Shown here piece by piece: positions 9,706 to 19,675 of a stretch of 64,000 nucleotides of DNA (its first letter is position 1; every line of letters begins with the position of its first letter). Origin of the DNA: Candidatus Daviesbacteria bacterium GW2011_GWA1_41_61. GTDB lineage: Bacteria > Patescibacteriota > Microgenomatia > Daviesbacterales > UBA10151. The stretch covers positions 243,663 to 307,662 of the forward strand of contig LCBT01000001.1 of the NCBI GenBank assembly GCA_000997385.1. Direction: 5' to 3'. The position numbers and the translations under genes are program-made. Below the pieces are notes generated by a model. It was not told the DNA's origin and ran no database searches. It saw nothing but the letters and a program-made list of their open reading frames with translations.

Positions 9706-11186
9706 ACTGCCAGAGACAAGGAAAAGCTAAAAGTAGTCCCTTTCCCTTCAATACTGTTAACCCAAATTTTTCCTCCTAAAGCTTGAACAATTGCTTGGGA
9801 GATATAAAGTCCTAAACCTACCCCTTTGGATTCCATAATATATTCATTGGAAACTTTGTAAAATCTGTTAAAAAGATAAGGAATAGATTGAGGCGGAATG
9901 CCTTTACCGTTGTCTCTTATATGAACAATTACGCTCTGAGACTCTTTTTGTAAACTAATTATCACCCATCCCCCGCGGTGATTAAAATTAATCCCGTTAA
10001 TGATTAAATTAGTTAAAACCTCTTTGATCAAATAAGAATCTCCCTTTACTTTAGGGAAATCAGCAGGGGGGTTTTCAAAAGTAAGTTTAACTTCTTGCTG
10101 TTGGGCAATAACAGCCAAAGCAGCTATTGTTTCTTCAATAATCGGCTCAAGGGAAAGAGGTTTTGCCTCTACATTCAATCGCCCTTTTTCGATTTTCATG
10201 ACGTTAAGTAAATTCTCTACTAAAGTAGCCAACTGGTTGACTACAATCATAGCCCGGTTCAATAATTCCCTATCTTCAGTTTCTAATTTCTTGACCACTG
10301 ATTCACTCAGTACGGCAAGGTAACTGCGGATGGTAGTGATAGGAGTACGCAGTTGGTGGGCTACAGAAGACACAAAGTCTAACTTCATCTCTTCCAGCTG
10401 ATCAGCCTTAGTCACATCCCTTAAAACATAAATCTCTCCTTTAACCTGATTATTCTCATCTTTTAGAGGAAAATTCCGCACGTTTATGTGTGATATTTCC
10501 CCATCCAAGGAACGGAGATTAATTTTACCTTCCTTTAAATTACCTAAAGGGAGAACTTCTTCGATGATTTTCCCTTTGATTTTAGCTAAAGCAGTATTAA
10601 GAAGTTCCAAAGCCTTTCGGCTGGCCAAAAACACCTGACCGTTTTTGTCTGTGACCAGTACCCCATCATCAATACTGTGTAATACCTCCTCCAATTGAGC
10701 CTTTTCGGCAGACAACAATTGAAGATATTGCATTATCTCTTTTTCACTGCTTAATTTTTCTTTAGCTAACTGGAGGCTGGCAATTTTTTTCATCCTCCAG
10801 GTAACAAGATATCCTGCCAAGACAGGACTAGCTACTGCAAAGGCAGACTTAAAATAATTTGCCGCTAAAGCTTCCGTCTCCCCTTCTAATAGAAACAGGG
10901 TCAAAATAACCAAACTTTCTAAAATAGCTACTCCTAAAGGATTTATCAACCTCTGGTTGACACGAGCTAACAGCGGAACTAAATAAAGGGTAAAAAAGAA
11001 AGGGCTGTTTAAACCCCCGCTGAAAATTACCAATCCCAGGGAAAAAATAGTCCCGCCCAACGCTAAAACGGAATTGTTTTTAACAAATAACTCAAACAAA
11101 CTACTCCTGGAAGTTTTAGGGGCGACAAGTACCGATTGAGCCATTTGAGGCTGAGATGCTAAATTAGAATCCATTCTGACTATCAT
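9702..11186 (-). CDS. Sensor histidine kinase (multi-TM N-terminus, PAS, HisKA, HATPase_c)
   Basis: H-box SSVAHQLRTP, and a G-box region GVGLGLYIS. Convergent with the RR, overlapping by 4 nt. Confidence 0.85.
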   Translation of the reverse strand: MIVRMDSNLASQPQMAQSVLVAPKTSRSSLFELFVKNNSVLALGGTIFSLGLVIFSGGLNSPFFFTLYLVPLLARVNQRLINPLGVAILESLVILTLFLLEGETEALAANYFKSAFAVASPVLAGYLVTWRMKKIASLQLAKEKLSSEKEIMQYLQLLSAEKAQLEEVLHSIDDGVLVTDKNGQVFLASRKALELLNTALAKIKGKIIEEVLPLGNLKEGKINLRSLDGEISHINVRNFPLKDENNQVKGEIYVLRDVTKADQLEEMKLDFVSSVAHQLRTPITTIRSYLAVLSESVVKKLETEDRELLNRAMIVVNQLATLVENLLNVMKIEKGRLNVEAKPLSLEPIIEETIAALAVIAQQQEVKLTFENPPADFPKVKGDSYLIKEVLTNLIINGINFNHRGGWVIISLQKESQSVIVHIRDNGKGIPPQSIPYLFNRFYKVSNEYIMESKGVGLGLYISQAIVQALGGKIWVNSIEGKGTTFSFSLSLAV

Positions 11187-11243
11187 GGTACCATTACATA
11201 CTTCAACTTTACAAACTAAAGGCCGGGTATTATATTGTAGGCA

Positions 11244-12550
11244 GTGCCAAATACCTCACTTTTGCCAATTAAATGTCAACCTAAACACTTATCCGACTAT
11301 GCATCAATTGTCCCGGAAGTGGTAGACAAGATTAAACAGACAGCCAAACCTTTAAAAGGAGTCAGGATTGCCCATATGAACGCTACCTCTTTGGGGGGAG
11401 GAGTGGCGGAGATGCTGCGCTCCGTTGTTCCCCTCCAACAAGACATTGGTCTTGATTCTCGGTGGTATGTCATCCCTCCAAATGAAAAGTTTTTCAAAGT
11501 TACCAAAGAGATTCATAATTTCCTGCAAGGGAAAAAGGGAGATTTAACCAAGCAACAGAAACAAACTTATCTTGAATATAGTAAATTTCTGGCCGGACTT
11601 TTAGCTGAAATCCCAGCTGATATCTTTATTGTCCATGATCCTCAACCAGCAGCCTCATTGACTTTTTTAAATGGTCAAAAACCCAAACTCTCTATCTGGC
11701 GCGCTGCCATATTGATACCTCCCAGCCTAATAAAGCAGTCTGGGACTTTCTACTTCCCTACCTTCAATCTTATGACCATTTGGTTTTTACCATGCCCCAG
11801 TATTCTCACCAAGCTTTTCCCCAAGATAAGATCAGTATCATTACCCCAGTGATTGATCCACTGGCTTCCAAAAATCAACCGATGGATAAGGCAGAAGCCC
11901 AAAGGTACCTTTTAAGCTTAGGATTAGATATCTCTCAACCTCTTGTTACTCAAGTCTCCCGTTTTGATCCTTGGAAAGATCCCCAGGGGGTAATTGATGC
12001 TTACCGGACAGCTAAAAAAGAGGTTTCTAATCTGCAACTGGCTTTAGTAGCTCAAATGGCTACTGATGACCCAGAAGGGATAGAGGTGTATGAGCAGGTT
12101 AAAAAATATGCCGGGGATGATCCAGACATCCATCTTTTAGTCAATCTTCCCGACAATGACCTGGCAGTCAACGCTTTTCAAACTGCCTCAGATATAATCA
12201 TGCAAAAATCCATCCGTGAAGGCTTTGGTTTGGTGGTGACCGAAGCGATGTGGAAAGGAGCAGTGGTAATTGGCGGCAATGTAGGTGGAATTAAATTCCA
12301 AATCCAAGACGCAATAAATGGCTTTTTAGTCAACTCTTCCAAAGAAGCAACTGAAAAAATTATCTATATTTTAAAAAATCTTCACATTGCCCGCAGGATC
12401 TCTCAACAAGCCCACAAAACTGTCAAAAACAACTTTTTACTGCCTCACAAAGTGCTAAACTACTTAAATCTCTTGAACCAACTGTTAAAATCCCCTGTTT
12501 CCTTAGAAGAACCAGCTTTGACCTCTCCCTCTCTTGTTACTCCCTCTTAA
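11244..12550 (+). pseudogene. GT4 glycosyltransferase (trehalose-synthase/TreT-like) interrupted by a +1 frameshift near 11700-11704
   Basis: The N-terminal half (HMNATSLGGGVAEML…IFIVHDPQP) is in frame 0. The C-terminal GT1 domain (…IWRCHIDTSQP… REGFGLVVTEAMWKG) is in frame +2. Deleting one base from tggcgcGCtgccat restores WRCHID. Confidence 0.75.
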
Positions 12551-12723
12551 GATCGTAGATGGTGCTATATTTATTGTTGATATAGTCAATAAAATATTGA
12601 GGGTATAATTGTTTTATTAGAGATCGGCATATCTTGTAGAGATTATACTCCCGGGCTCGAACAAAAAGAAAGTTAGAAATCCCACCCTTTGGATAGTACC
12701 TAAAAATTAAAAAATCGTCAAGG

Positions 12724-12752
12724 TTGACATTCAATATAGCTTTAAATATTAT
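12724..12752 (+). promoter_or_regulatory. Candidate sigma70-type promoter for ugd (TTGACA-17 nt-TATTAT)
   Basis: TTGACA at 12724-12729, a 17-nt spacer, and TATTAT at 12747-12752. The ATG at 12760 would give a near-leaderless transcript. Confidence 0.35.
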
Positions 12753-12759
12753 TCTATGG

Positions 12760-14049
12760 ATGATCATCTCCATCGTCGGTACAGGGTACGTCGGTCTGGT
12801 AACAGGAGCTATCTTTGCTGATTTAGGACATAAAGTTTTCTGCATTGATATTGACCGGCAAAAAATTAAGGCCTTATCACAAGGGGATTTGCCCTTTTTT
12901 GAGCCGGGGCTGGAAGAGTTAGTCAAACGCAATATTATCCAAAAAAGGCTTTTTTTTACTAACGACTACTCTTTATCTGTCCCCAAATCAAAAGTAGTCT
13001 TTATCTGCGTCGGAACTCCAGCCAACTTGGATGGAGAAGCAGATCTGTCTTATCTTTTTTCCGCCGTCACCCAAGCAGCTAACCACCTTAAGGGTTATAC
13101 CTTGATTGCTATCAAAAGTACTGTGCCTATCGGAGTTGAGAAAGAGTTGGAAAAACTGATCAGCCAGAAAGCTTCAACCAGGTATGAGTTTGCCTCCTGC
13201 CCCGAATTTTTAAGGGAGGGCTCAGCGGTGGAAGATGCTCAAAATCCAGACCGGATTGTTATCGGAACCAAAAGCAAAAAGGCGGCCGATTTACTGTTAG
13301 ATCTTTACAAGCACATGAATGGACAAAGAATTATTTGCGACCTTCGGTCTGCCCAGATGATCAAATATGCTGCTAACTCTTTTTTGGCTACTAAAATCTC
13401 TTTTGCTAATGCCGTAGCTAATCTTTGTGAGGCAACTCAAGCTGATGCAGAGGTAGTACTACAGGGAGTAGGCTCGGATAAAAGAATCGGCCGGGCTTTT
13501 CTTTACCCGGGAGTAGGATATGGAGGCTCTTGCTTTCCCAAAGACATTTCAGCTTTCATCTCTTTAGGAAAACGTTACAATTATAACTTTGACTTACTTA
13601 AAGCAGTCAATTCCATCAATTCACAACAAATTGATTTTTTTGTAGAAAAAGTGGAAAAGGCCTTGGGTAATTTAAAAGGTAAACAGCTGGCTGTTTTAGG
13701 CATTTCTTTTAAACCAAATACTGATGATATTAGGGAAGCTCCCTCTATCAAAATTATCCACTCTCTTTTAGAAAAAGGAGCTGAAATTAAAGCTTATGAT
13801 CCAGTCTCTGTCAACAATGCCAGGAGAGTCCTGCCTAAAGAAGTAATTTTTGACCATGATCCTTATACTGCTTTAACTGACTGTCAGGCTCTACTTTTAA
13901 TTACTGAATGGAATGAATTTAAAGAACTGGATTTAGAAAAGGTTAAAAGGTTGATGAAAAAGCCGGTGATTATTGACGGCAGAAATATTTATGATCCAGC
14001 CAAAGTTAAACAACTAGGGTTTATTTATCAGGGCATCGGCAGAAGTTAG
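12760..14049 (+). CDS. ugd: UDP-glucose 6-dehydrogenase
   Basis: N-terminal Rossmann motif MIISIVGTGYVGLVTG, active-site GGSCFPKD. The ORF track starts at TTG 12724, but ATG 12760 fits the family N-terminus. Confidence 0.85.
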   Translation: MIISIVGTGYVGLVTGAIFADLGHKVFCIDIDRQKIKALSQGDLPFFEPGLEELVKRNIIQKRLFFTNDYSLSVPKSKVVFICVGTPANLDGEADLSYLFSAVTQAANHLKGYTLIAIKSTVPIGVEKELEKLISQKASTRYEFASCPEFLREGSAVEDAQNPDRIVIGTKSKKAADLLLDLYKHMNGQRIICDLRSAQMIKYAANSFLATKISFANAVANLCEATQADAEVVLQGVGSDKRIGRAFLYPGVGYGGSCFPKDISAFISLGKRYNYNFDLLKAVNSINSQQIDFFVEKVEKALGNLKGKQLAVLGISFKPNTDDIREAPSIKIIHSLLEKGAEIKAYDPVSVNNARRVLPKEVIFDHDPYTALTDCQALLLITEWNEFKELDLEKVKRLMKKPVIIDGRNIYDPAKVKQLGFIYQGIGRS

Positions 14050-14699
14050 GCTTGAGCTACATTCAGTATCTTCCCTACAAACCAACCAAAAACAAAGCCC
14101 CCCACATGGGCAAAGTAGGCAATACCGCCCATATCAGAGGTAGCAACAGAAATAGCTGCCGCTCCACTAAAAAGCTGCAAGATCAACCAATAAAAAAGCA
14201 TTAAAGAAGATGGGATTTCAATAACCGTAATAAAAAGAAAAAGGAAAACCAGAGTTTTAACTTTATTACCAGGGAAAAGGGCCAAATATGCTCCCAAAAC
14301 TCCAGCAATAGCCCCGGAAGCCCCCAGTGTGGGAACTATAGAATCAGAAACAAAGATATACTGTAGGGCTCCTCCTGCCAGACCAGATAATAGATAAAAG
14401 ACAGGGAAAAAAAGAAAGCCTAATTTATATTCCACATTATCTCCAAAGATCCATAAAAACCACATATTAGAGATAATATGTAAAAATCCTCCATGTAAAA
14501 ACATACTGGTCACAAAAGGGATTAGGCTGGAGATATCCAGAGGATCTACTAAAGCTGGAATTAAAGCAAATTGAGTAATAAAAGCATCAGGACTCGGAGA
14601 AGTCAGTTCCAAATAAAAAACATAAATATTTAATAAAATTAAAACAACCACCCAAAAAGGGAATTTGCCAGCAGGCCCACTGTCACCAATAGGAAACAT
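14046..14699 (-). CDS. Rhomboid-family intramembrane serine protease
   Basis: Multi-TM protein. GASGAIAGVLGAY (catalytic Ser) and a histidine in a later TM helix (AHVGGFVFG). Confidence 0.75.
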   Translation of the reverse strand: MFPIGDSGPAGKFPFWVVVLILLNIYVFYLELTSPSPDAFITQFALIPALVDPLDISSLIPFVTSMFLHGGFLHIISNMWFLWIFGDNVEYKLGFLFFPVFYLLSGLAGGALQYIFVSDSIVPTLGASGAIAGVLGAYLALFPGNKVKTLVFLFLFITVIEIPSSLMLFYWLILQLFSGAAAISVATSDMGGIAYFAHVGGFVFGWFVGKILNVAQA

Positions 14700-14764
14700 A
14701 TGATATCAGTTTATACTTTCACTTCAAGCATTAATTCTAAAAAGGGTAAGAATATAGCAAGAGG

Positions 14765-16054
14765 TCAATCTTTTGGTTTAATTTCTGAAAAACCAGTAAA
14801 GGGTCTCAAAACTTCAGGAATAATTACTGAACCATCTGCCTGTTGAAAGTTCTCTAAGATCGCAACAATAATCCTCCCTAAGGCAAAAGCTGTGGCATCA
14901 TTCATATGGACCAACTCAATTTTTCCATCTTTTCTTTTGACTCGCGTTTTTAAACGTCGTGCTTGATAATCGGTTATCAAATCCGAAGTATGAGTCTCTC
15001 GGTATTTGCCTTGACCTGGCATCCAGGTTTCAATATCAAGTTGCCTAGCATCAGGTCCTCCCATATCTCCTGTACAAATCATTACTACTTGGTAGGGAAG
15101 ATTTAAAGATTGTAGCAAATATTCTTGAATAGCCACAATAAAATTCTGTTCTTTTACAGAGTGTTCAGGAAGAGTAAAGCTCTCTATTTCAATCTTGTCA
15201 AATTGGTGTACTCTTATAATGCCTTTGGTGTCTCTACCATAAGAGCCCGCTTCTCTTCTAAAACTAGTTGAGTAGCCAACATAACGCAGTGGTAAATTTT
15301 TCTCCTCAATAATTTGGTCCATATGAATAGGACCCAATGTATGTTCAGCACTTCCTATCAGATAAAGGTCATCACTGGCCAGATAATATCTTTCTTCTGC
15401 CTGGAAAGGATCAAGTCTAGCCATCTTAGTATAGACATCAGGACGAACCATATCAGGGGGCAATACTGGGACAAAAGGTTTAGGATTATAACCCGGTTCA
15501 ATCTTTTCAGCAATATCTTTAAGGATTGGTTCCTTGGCAAGAATCTGAAAAGTATATTGAATAATGGCAAATTGCAGTAAAACTACTTCATTCTTTAAAT
15601 ATGCAAACCTTGTACCAGCTACCTTAGACGCAGTATCAATATCAATAACATCCAATATTTTCCCCAACTCAATATGATCTTTAGGTGTAAAAGTAAAGGA
15701 CTTAGGTTCTCCCCATTTTCTAATCACTTGGTTCCCACTCTCATCCACCCCCTCAGGAACATCTTCCATAATGACATTGGGGACTAAAATCATTTGCTCA
15801 TCAAATTTCGTTTCTACCTCTTTAAGTTGGACTTCCAGGCCTTCAAGTTTACCCTTAATCCCCTTACCTTTTTCAATATCTTTATTTGAAGCAGCAACAT
15901 TTCTTTGTTGCCTTAAATCTTCGATAGTTTTAATCAGCTCTCTTCTTTGATTATCCAAAGTCAACAACTTCTCAAAATCAACTTTTGCTTTTTTCTGCTC
16001 AATAGCTTTTCTAACCTTATTTTGATTTTCTCTGATAAAATTAATATCTAACAT
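14765..16054 (-). CDS. serS: Seryl-tRNA synthetase
   Basis: 429 aa. N-terminal coiled-coil arm followed by the class II catalytic core. Confidence 0.9.
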   Translation of the reverse strand: MLDINFIRENQNKVRKAIEQKKAKVDFEKLLTLDNQRRELIKTIEDLRQQRNVAASNKDIEKGKGIKGKLEGLEVQLKEVETKFDEQMILVPNVIMEDVPEGVDESGNQVIRKWGEPKSFTFTPKDHIELGKILDVIDIDTASKVAGTRFAYLKNEVVLLQFAIIQYTFQILAKEPILKDIAEKIEPGYNPKPFVPVLPPDMVRPDVYTKMARLDPFQAEERYYLASDDLYLIGSAEHTLGPIHMDQIIEEKNLPLRYVGYSTSFRREAGSYGRDTKGIIRVHQFDKIEIESFTLPEHSVKEQNFIVAIQEYLLQSLNLPYQVVMICTGDMGGPDARQLDIETWMPGQGKYRETHTSDLITDYQARRLKTRVKRKDGKIELVHMNDATAFALGRIIVAILENFQQADGSVIIPEVLRPFTGFSEIKPKD

Positions 16055-16055
16055 A

Positions 16056-16661
16056 TTAAAGCCCTAACTTTGGGGCAATTCCCTGCATAGCCTCCAATGA
16101 TATTTTAACAAATTCAGGAAAGGGAATCTCTAGTTCTGTTTCACAAAGCAAAATCTGTTCCCTTTTGGCTCCTGCAGCAAAAGCTTTTTCTTTAAATCTT
16201 TTCAGCACTGAGTCCGTAGTTAGACCAGCCAGTTTTTTATCAGGTCTGACTAAAGCAGCGGCGGTGATTAATCCTGAGAGTTCATCACAGGCAAAGACTG
16301 CCTTTTCCAGATAATTTTCCCTCTTAGACTTAATAGTATCTGAGTGGGCTTTAATCCCATTAATAACCTTCTCTGAAGCACCCAAAGATTTAATCCTCTC
16401 TTCAGTAACCAATGTATGCTTTGTTAAATCTTTACCGGTAATTTCATAATCAGCATCATGAAGTAATCCCACTATCCCCCACTCTTCTTCATTAAATTCC
16501 TCCCCAGAAAGTTCAGGATGTTTCTTCTTAAGCTCCTTCGCCAAAGCCCTCATAATAGCTTCAACAGCTAAATTATGCTTCTGCAGATTCTTATTCTGCA
16601 GCATCTGGGTCATTAAGGTATAAGCTTGATCTCTATTCATCTCATTTGATTTTAGCCTCAA
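16056..16661 (-). CDS. HD-domain phosphohydrolase
   Basis: His…HD (LLHDADYE) metal-binding motifs, 201 aa. Confidence 0.65.
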   Translation of the reverse strand: MRLKSNEMNRDQAYTLMTQMLQNKNLQKHNLAVEAIMRALAKELKKKHPELSGEEFNEEEWGIVGLLHDADYEITGKDLTKHTLVTEERIKSLGASEKVINGIKAHSDTIKSKRENYLEKAVFACDELSGLITAAALVRPDKKLAGLTTDSVLKRFKEKAFAAGAKREQILLCETELEIPFPEFVKISLEAMQGIAPKLGL

Positions 16662-16687
16662 AAGGCCTGGTCTTTAAGGGTGTCCCT

Positions 16688-18154
16688 TTATCTAGCTTTG
16701 TTTTTCTTACTTTCAGGTTTTAATGTTGGGAACAAAATGACATCTTTTACTGTGTGTTGTCCAGTTAAAACTGCTGTTAATCTATCAATACCCAAACCAA
16801 AACCTGCTGTTGGTGGCATTCCATATTCTAATGCCCGGATATAATCCTCATCCAAAACTTGATGCTCTTCTAAACCCTTCTTTGCCAAATTCATCTCCTC
16901 TCTCCATCTTGTTTCTTGTTCTTGGGGATCATTCAATTCACTATAGGCATTAACTAACTCATAGCCCATTACAAGGAGTTGAAAACTTGCTGACTTGCGG
17001 GAATCGCCTTCTTTTCTCTTACTCAAGGGTTTCATTTCGTAGGGATAATCTATCAAGAAAATCGGCTGTTGCACCGTAGGACGAGCTACTTTTTTATAAA
17101 GCTCATCAATAAGCGGTCCCATACCCACTACCCCTTTTAGATCCAATTTAATCCCCTTCCCTTTAATGTCTTTTAATAATTCTTCCTCGGAACTTACTTT
17201 TTCCAAATCTATCCCGCTATGGGTTTTTATCAATTCATTAAAACCGATTCTTTTAAAAGGAGCTGCAAAGTTAAGCTCCATCCCTTCATATTTAAATTTA
17301 TAGCTTCCATGAATTTCCTTTACTAATTTAGAGATCATCTCCTCACCCAATCTCATTAAATCTTCGTAATCAGCATAGGCCCAATAAAATTCCATTTGAG
17401 TAAACTCCGGGCTATGCTGGCGGTCTATTCCCTCATTGCGAAAATCTTTGCCTATTTCAAAAACTTTCTCATAGCCTCCAACTATCAATCTTTTAAGATA
17501 TAATTCGTCACTTATTCTTACATACAAGTTAGTATCTAAAGCATTATGTTTGGTGATAAAAGGTTTAGCTGTTGCTCCCCCGTAAATAGGTTGCAAGATA
17601 GGAGTTTCTACCTCTACAAATCCTTTATCTTCTAGAAAACTTCTTATAAACCGTACTATTTTATGTCTCGTGTCCATAACCTTCTTTACTTCCGGATTAA
17701 TAATCAAGTCAACATATCTCTGACGATATCTTTCTTCCACATCTTCTAATCCGTACCAAACAGAAGGGAGTGGCCTTAAAGATTTAGCCAAAAGCTGGTA
17801 ATTTTTGACTCTGACTGTTTTTTCTCCAGCCTGGGTTTGAAAAACCTCTCCCTCTGCTTGTAAGAAATCTCCCAGGTCTAAATTAGCTAAAAAATCATAT
17901 TTATCAGGAAGTTCTGTTTGAGAAAAGAAAAGCTGGATTCTGCCTGATTCATCTTCTACATCAGCAAAGGTGATTTTACCATGAAGTCGGAGGGATCTGA
18001 TCCTGCCTGTCACAGCTGCATCTTTGCCCAACGTCTCTCTGGCTTGAGCAATAACTTGGTTTCTTTTAGTAGTAGCGGGGTAAGGATCTACCCCTAAGTT
18101 TTTAATATTTTCCAGCTTTTTCAGCCGTTCCTTTTTAAGATCATCTAAAGCCAT
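16688..18154 (-). CDS. lysS: Lysyl-tRNA synthetase (class II)
   Basis: 488 aa. OB-fold N-terminus and class II motifs (…GGYEKVFEIGKDFRNEG…, GLGIDRL). Confidence 0.9.
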   Translation of the reverse strand: MALDDLKKERLKKLENIKNLGVDPYPATTKRNQVIAQARETLGKDAAVTGRIRSLRLHGKITFADVEDESGRIQLFFSQTELPDKYDFLANLDLGDFLQAEGEVFQTQAGEKTVRVKNYQLLAKSLRPLPSVWYGLEDVEERYRQRYVDLIINPEVKKVMDTRHKIVRFIRSFLEDKGFVEVETPILQPIYGGATAKPFITKHNALDTNLYVRISDELYLKRLIVGGYEKVFEIGKDFRNEGIDRQHSPEFTQMEFYWAYADYEDLMRLGEEMISKLVKEIHGSYKFKYEGMELNFAAPFKRIGFNELIKTHSGIDLEKVSSEEELLKDIKGKGIKLDLKGVVGMGPLIDELYKKVARPTVQQPIFLIDYPYEMKPLSKRKEGDSRKSASFQLLVMGYELVNAYSELNDPQEQETRWREEMNLAKKGLEEHQVLDEDYIRALEYGMPPTAGFGLGIDRLTAVLTGQHTVKDVILFPTLKPESKKNKAR

Positions 18155-18214
18155 ACTTGAAGTATACTCAAGGAGAATCAGGAAGACAATATCTTCTAAC
18201 TTTCAAGTTTTTAC

Positions 18215-19624
18215 CTAAGAAGCTTGAGCGAGACAGTTATCTGGATCACCCGTATATTGGCGAACGAAATCCCTCACTGTGTTAGTTTTTGTCTTCTCTA
18301 AATTTACCGCCCTCTTCAATCCCTCAACAAACTCTCTGGCCGAGGAACTTATGTCATCCAAATCACCCACCTCAATAGTGCCGTTATCGGCGTTAACCCT
18401 AATATTTCCTCCTTTTAAATAGAGACCTTCTACAAAACGATAAGCCCGGGCATATGCTTCATTAGGTTTTTTTCTTGATTCATTGGTTTCTGCCAAGTAA
18501 TTCTCATAATCAGCTCTCAACCAAGCTAAGGAAACGCTAATCAATATCTTCTTTACTTCGGGATCAACCAGCTTAGCAGGTAACCCCAGCGCTGCCATAT
18601 GAGTTAGAATCTCACTGGCAAACTCTTTAATAGAAACATAATCTCCCTGTAAAGCATCACTCATGGTCTCATCAAAGGGAACCTGAGAATGCCCATATCC
18701 CTCATGGAGAATAAGATCGATAATGGCAGCTTTCCTAGCCTTATATTCCCATTTGTTAAACTGAGTTACTTCTGGGATATATTTGAGCAAGTTGGGTTTA
18801 ATCAGGTTCTCAAATTTTTGTATTAAAACATTATAAAAAACATAACTCGTTGATCCGATCTCTCTTCTTAGATTATCCTCTGAAGGTAAAGTGTTCCCCG
18901 ACCAACCACCTCTCCTCACTGGCAAACCGCTAAAAGCTGCAGCTTCCCCCACTACCACCCGATGTTTTTCTTCTTCGCGTGTACCTTTTAATGATGTCTT
19001 TAAAATCAGATTATAATAGCCTGTTAAGGCATCATCCCTGTTTAAAACCCATCCCTGACTGGCGTATTTTATTCCCCAGGGATCTATATACCGATCGAAC
19101 AAAGATGCCAAAAGTACAGGATTTGACAGATTGCGCATGTTGATATGTTCAAACATCGCTTTCTCAAATTGTCCTGTTTCCCAAGCATAAATTTGAGGTT
19201 TGATAGTATGCTCAATCAATCTTGCTCCTAGTAAACGTTCTCTATTTGCGTATTCGATGGCGTCTCCCATTCTCTCCACCATCGACTCAACAATTTTCCT
19301 TGTTGCCGAATCTTCAAAATAATCTACACCCTGTAATTTTTCCCCAGGAAAAGGCCACCCCACTCTTCTCCATCTTACTAGTGTATATGGTGACAATAAT
19401 TTTCCATCTTTCTGTCCAGCCTTATTTAAAGACTCATGGCTCAAATTTAGAGGGTAAAAACCTAGGCCTTCCTGAATCCTAAAAAGCTCATGACTAAGGC
19501 CAAGTACCCTCAAATACCTATCTATTAGCAATTGAGGGTGCTGAAAGGGAGCAGCACTTTTCGCTGCAAGTTTATCTAAAACTTCCGGATATTCTAATAT
19601 TTTATCTTTTGATTCAATAGCCAT
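18215..19624 (-). CDS. Hypothetical protein with HExxGH motif (possible M49/DPP-III-like zinc hydrolase)
   Basis: LILHEGYGHS…EFASE resembles the HExxGH…E arrangement. Paralogous to the next gene (shared FYP and LLSP(F/Y)T motifs). Confidence 0.4.
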   Translation of the reverse strand: MAIESKDKILEYPEVLDKLAAKSAAPFQHPQLLIDRYLRVLGLSHELFRIQEGLGFYPLNLSHESLNKAGQKDGKLLSPYTLVRWRRVGWPFPGEKLQGVDYFEDSATRKIVESMVERMGDAIEYANRERLLGARLIEHTIKPQIYAWETGQFEKAMFEHINMRNLSNPVLLASLFDRYIDPWGIKYASQGWVLNRDDALTGYYNLILKTSLKGTREEEKHRVVVGEAAAFSGLPVRRGGWSGNTLPSEDNLRREIGSTSYVFYNVLIQKFENLIKPNLLKYIPEVTQFNKWEYKARKAAIIDLILHEGYGHSQVPFDETMSDALQGDYVSIKEFASEILTHMAALGLPAKLVDPEVKKILISVSLAWLRADYENYLAETNESRKKPNEAYARAYRFVEGLYLKGGNIRVNADNGTIEVGDLDDISSSAREFVEGLKRAVNLEKTKTNTVRDFVRQYTGDPDNCLAQAS

Positions 19625-19675
19625 CGTTTAAATCGAATACTCAAGTGGTTAATTATAGCAAAACTAAAGGAGTTT

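Noticed and set aside
12537-12932. 131-aa minus-strand ORF spanning the GT-ugd intergenic region
   Set aside because: It overlaps the ugd promoter and start region, has no motif, and its A+T-rich low-complexity translation is typical of a spurious ORF.
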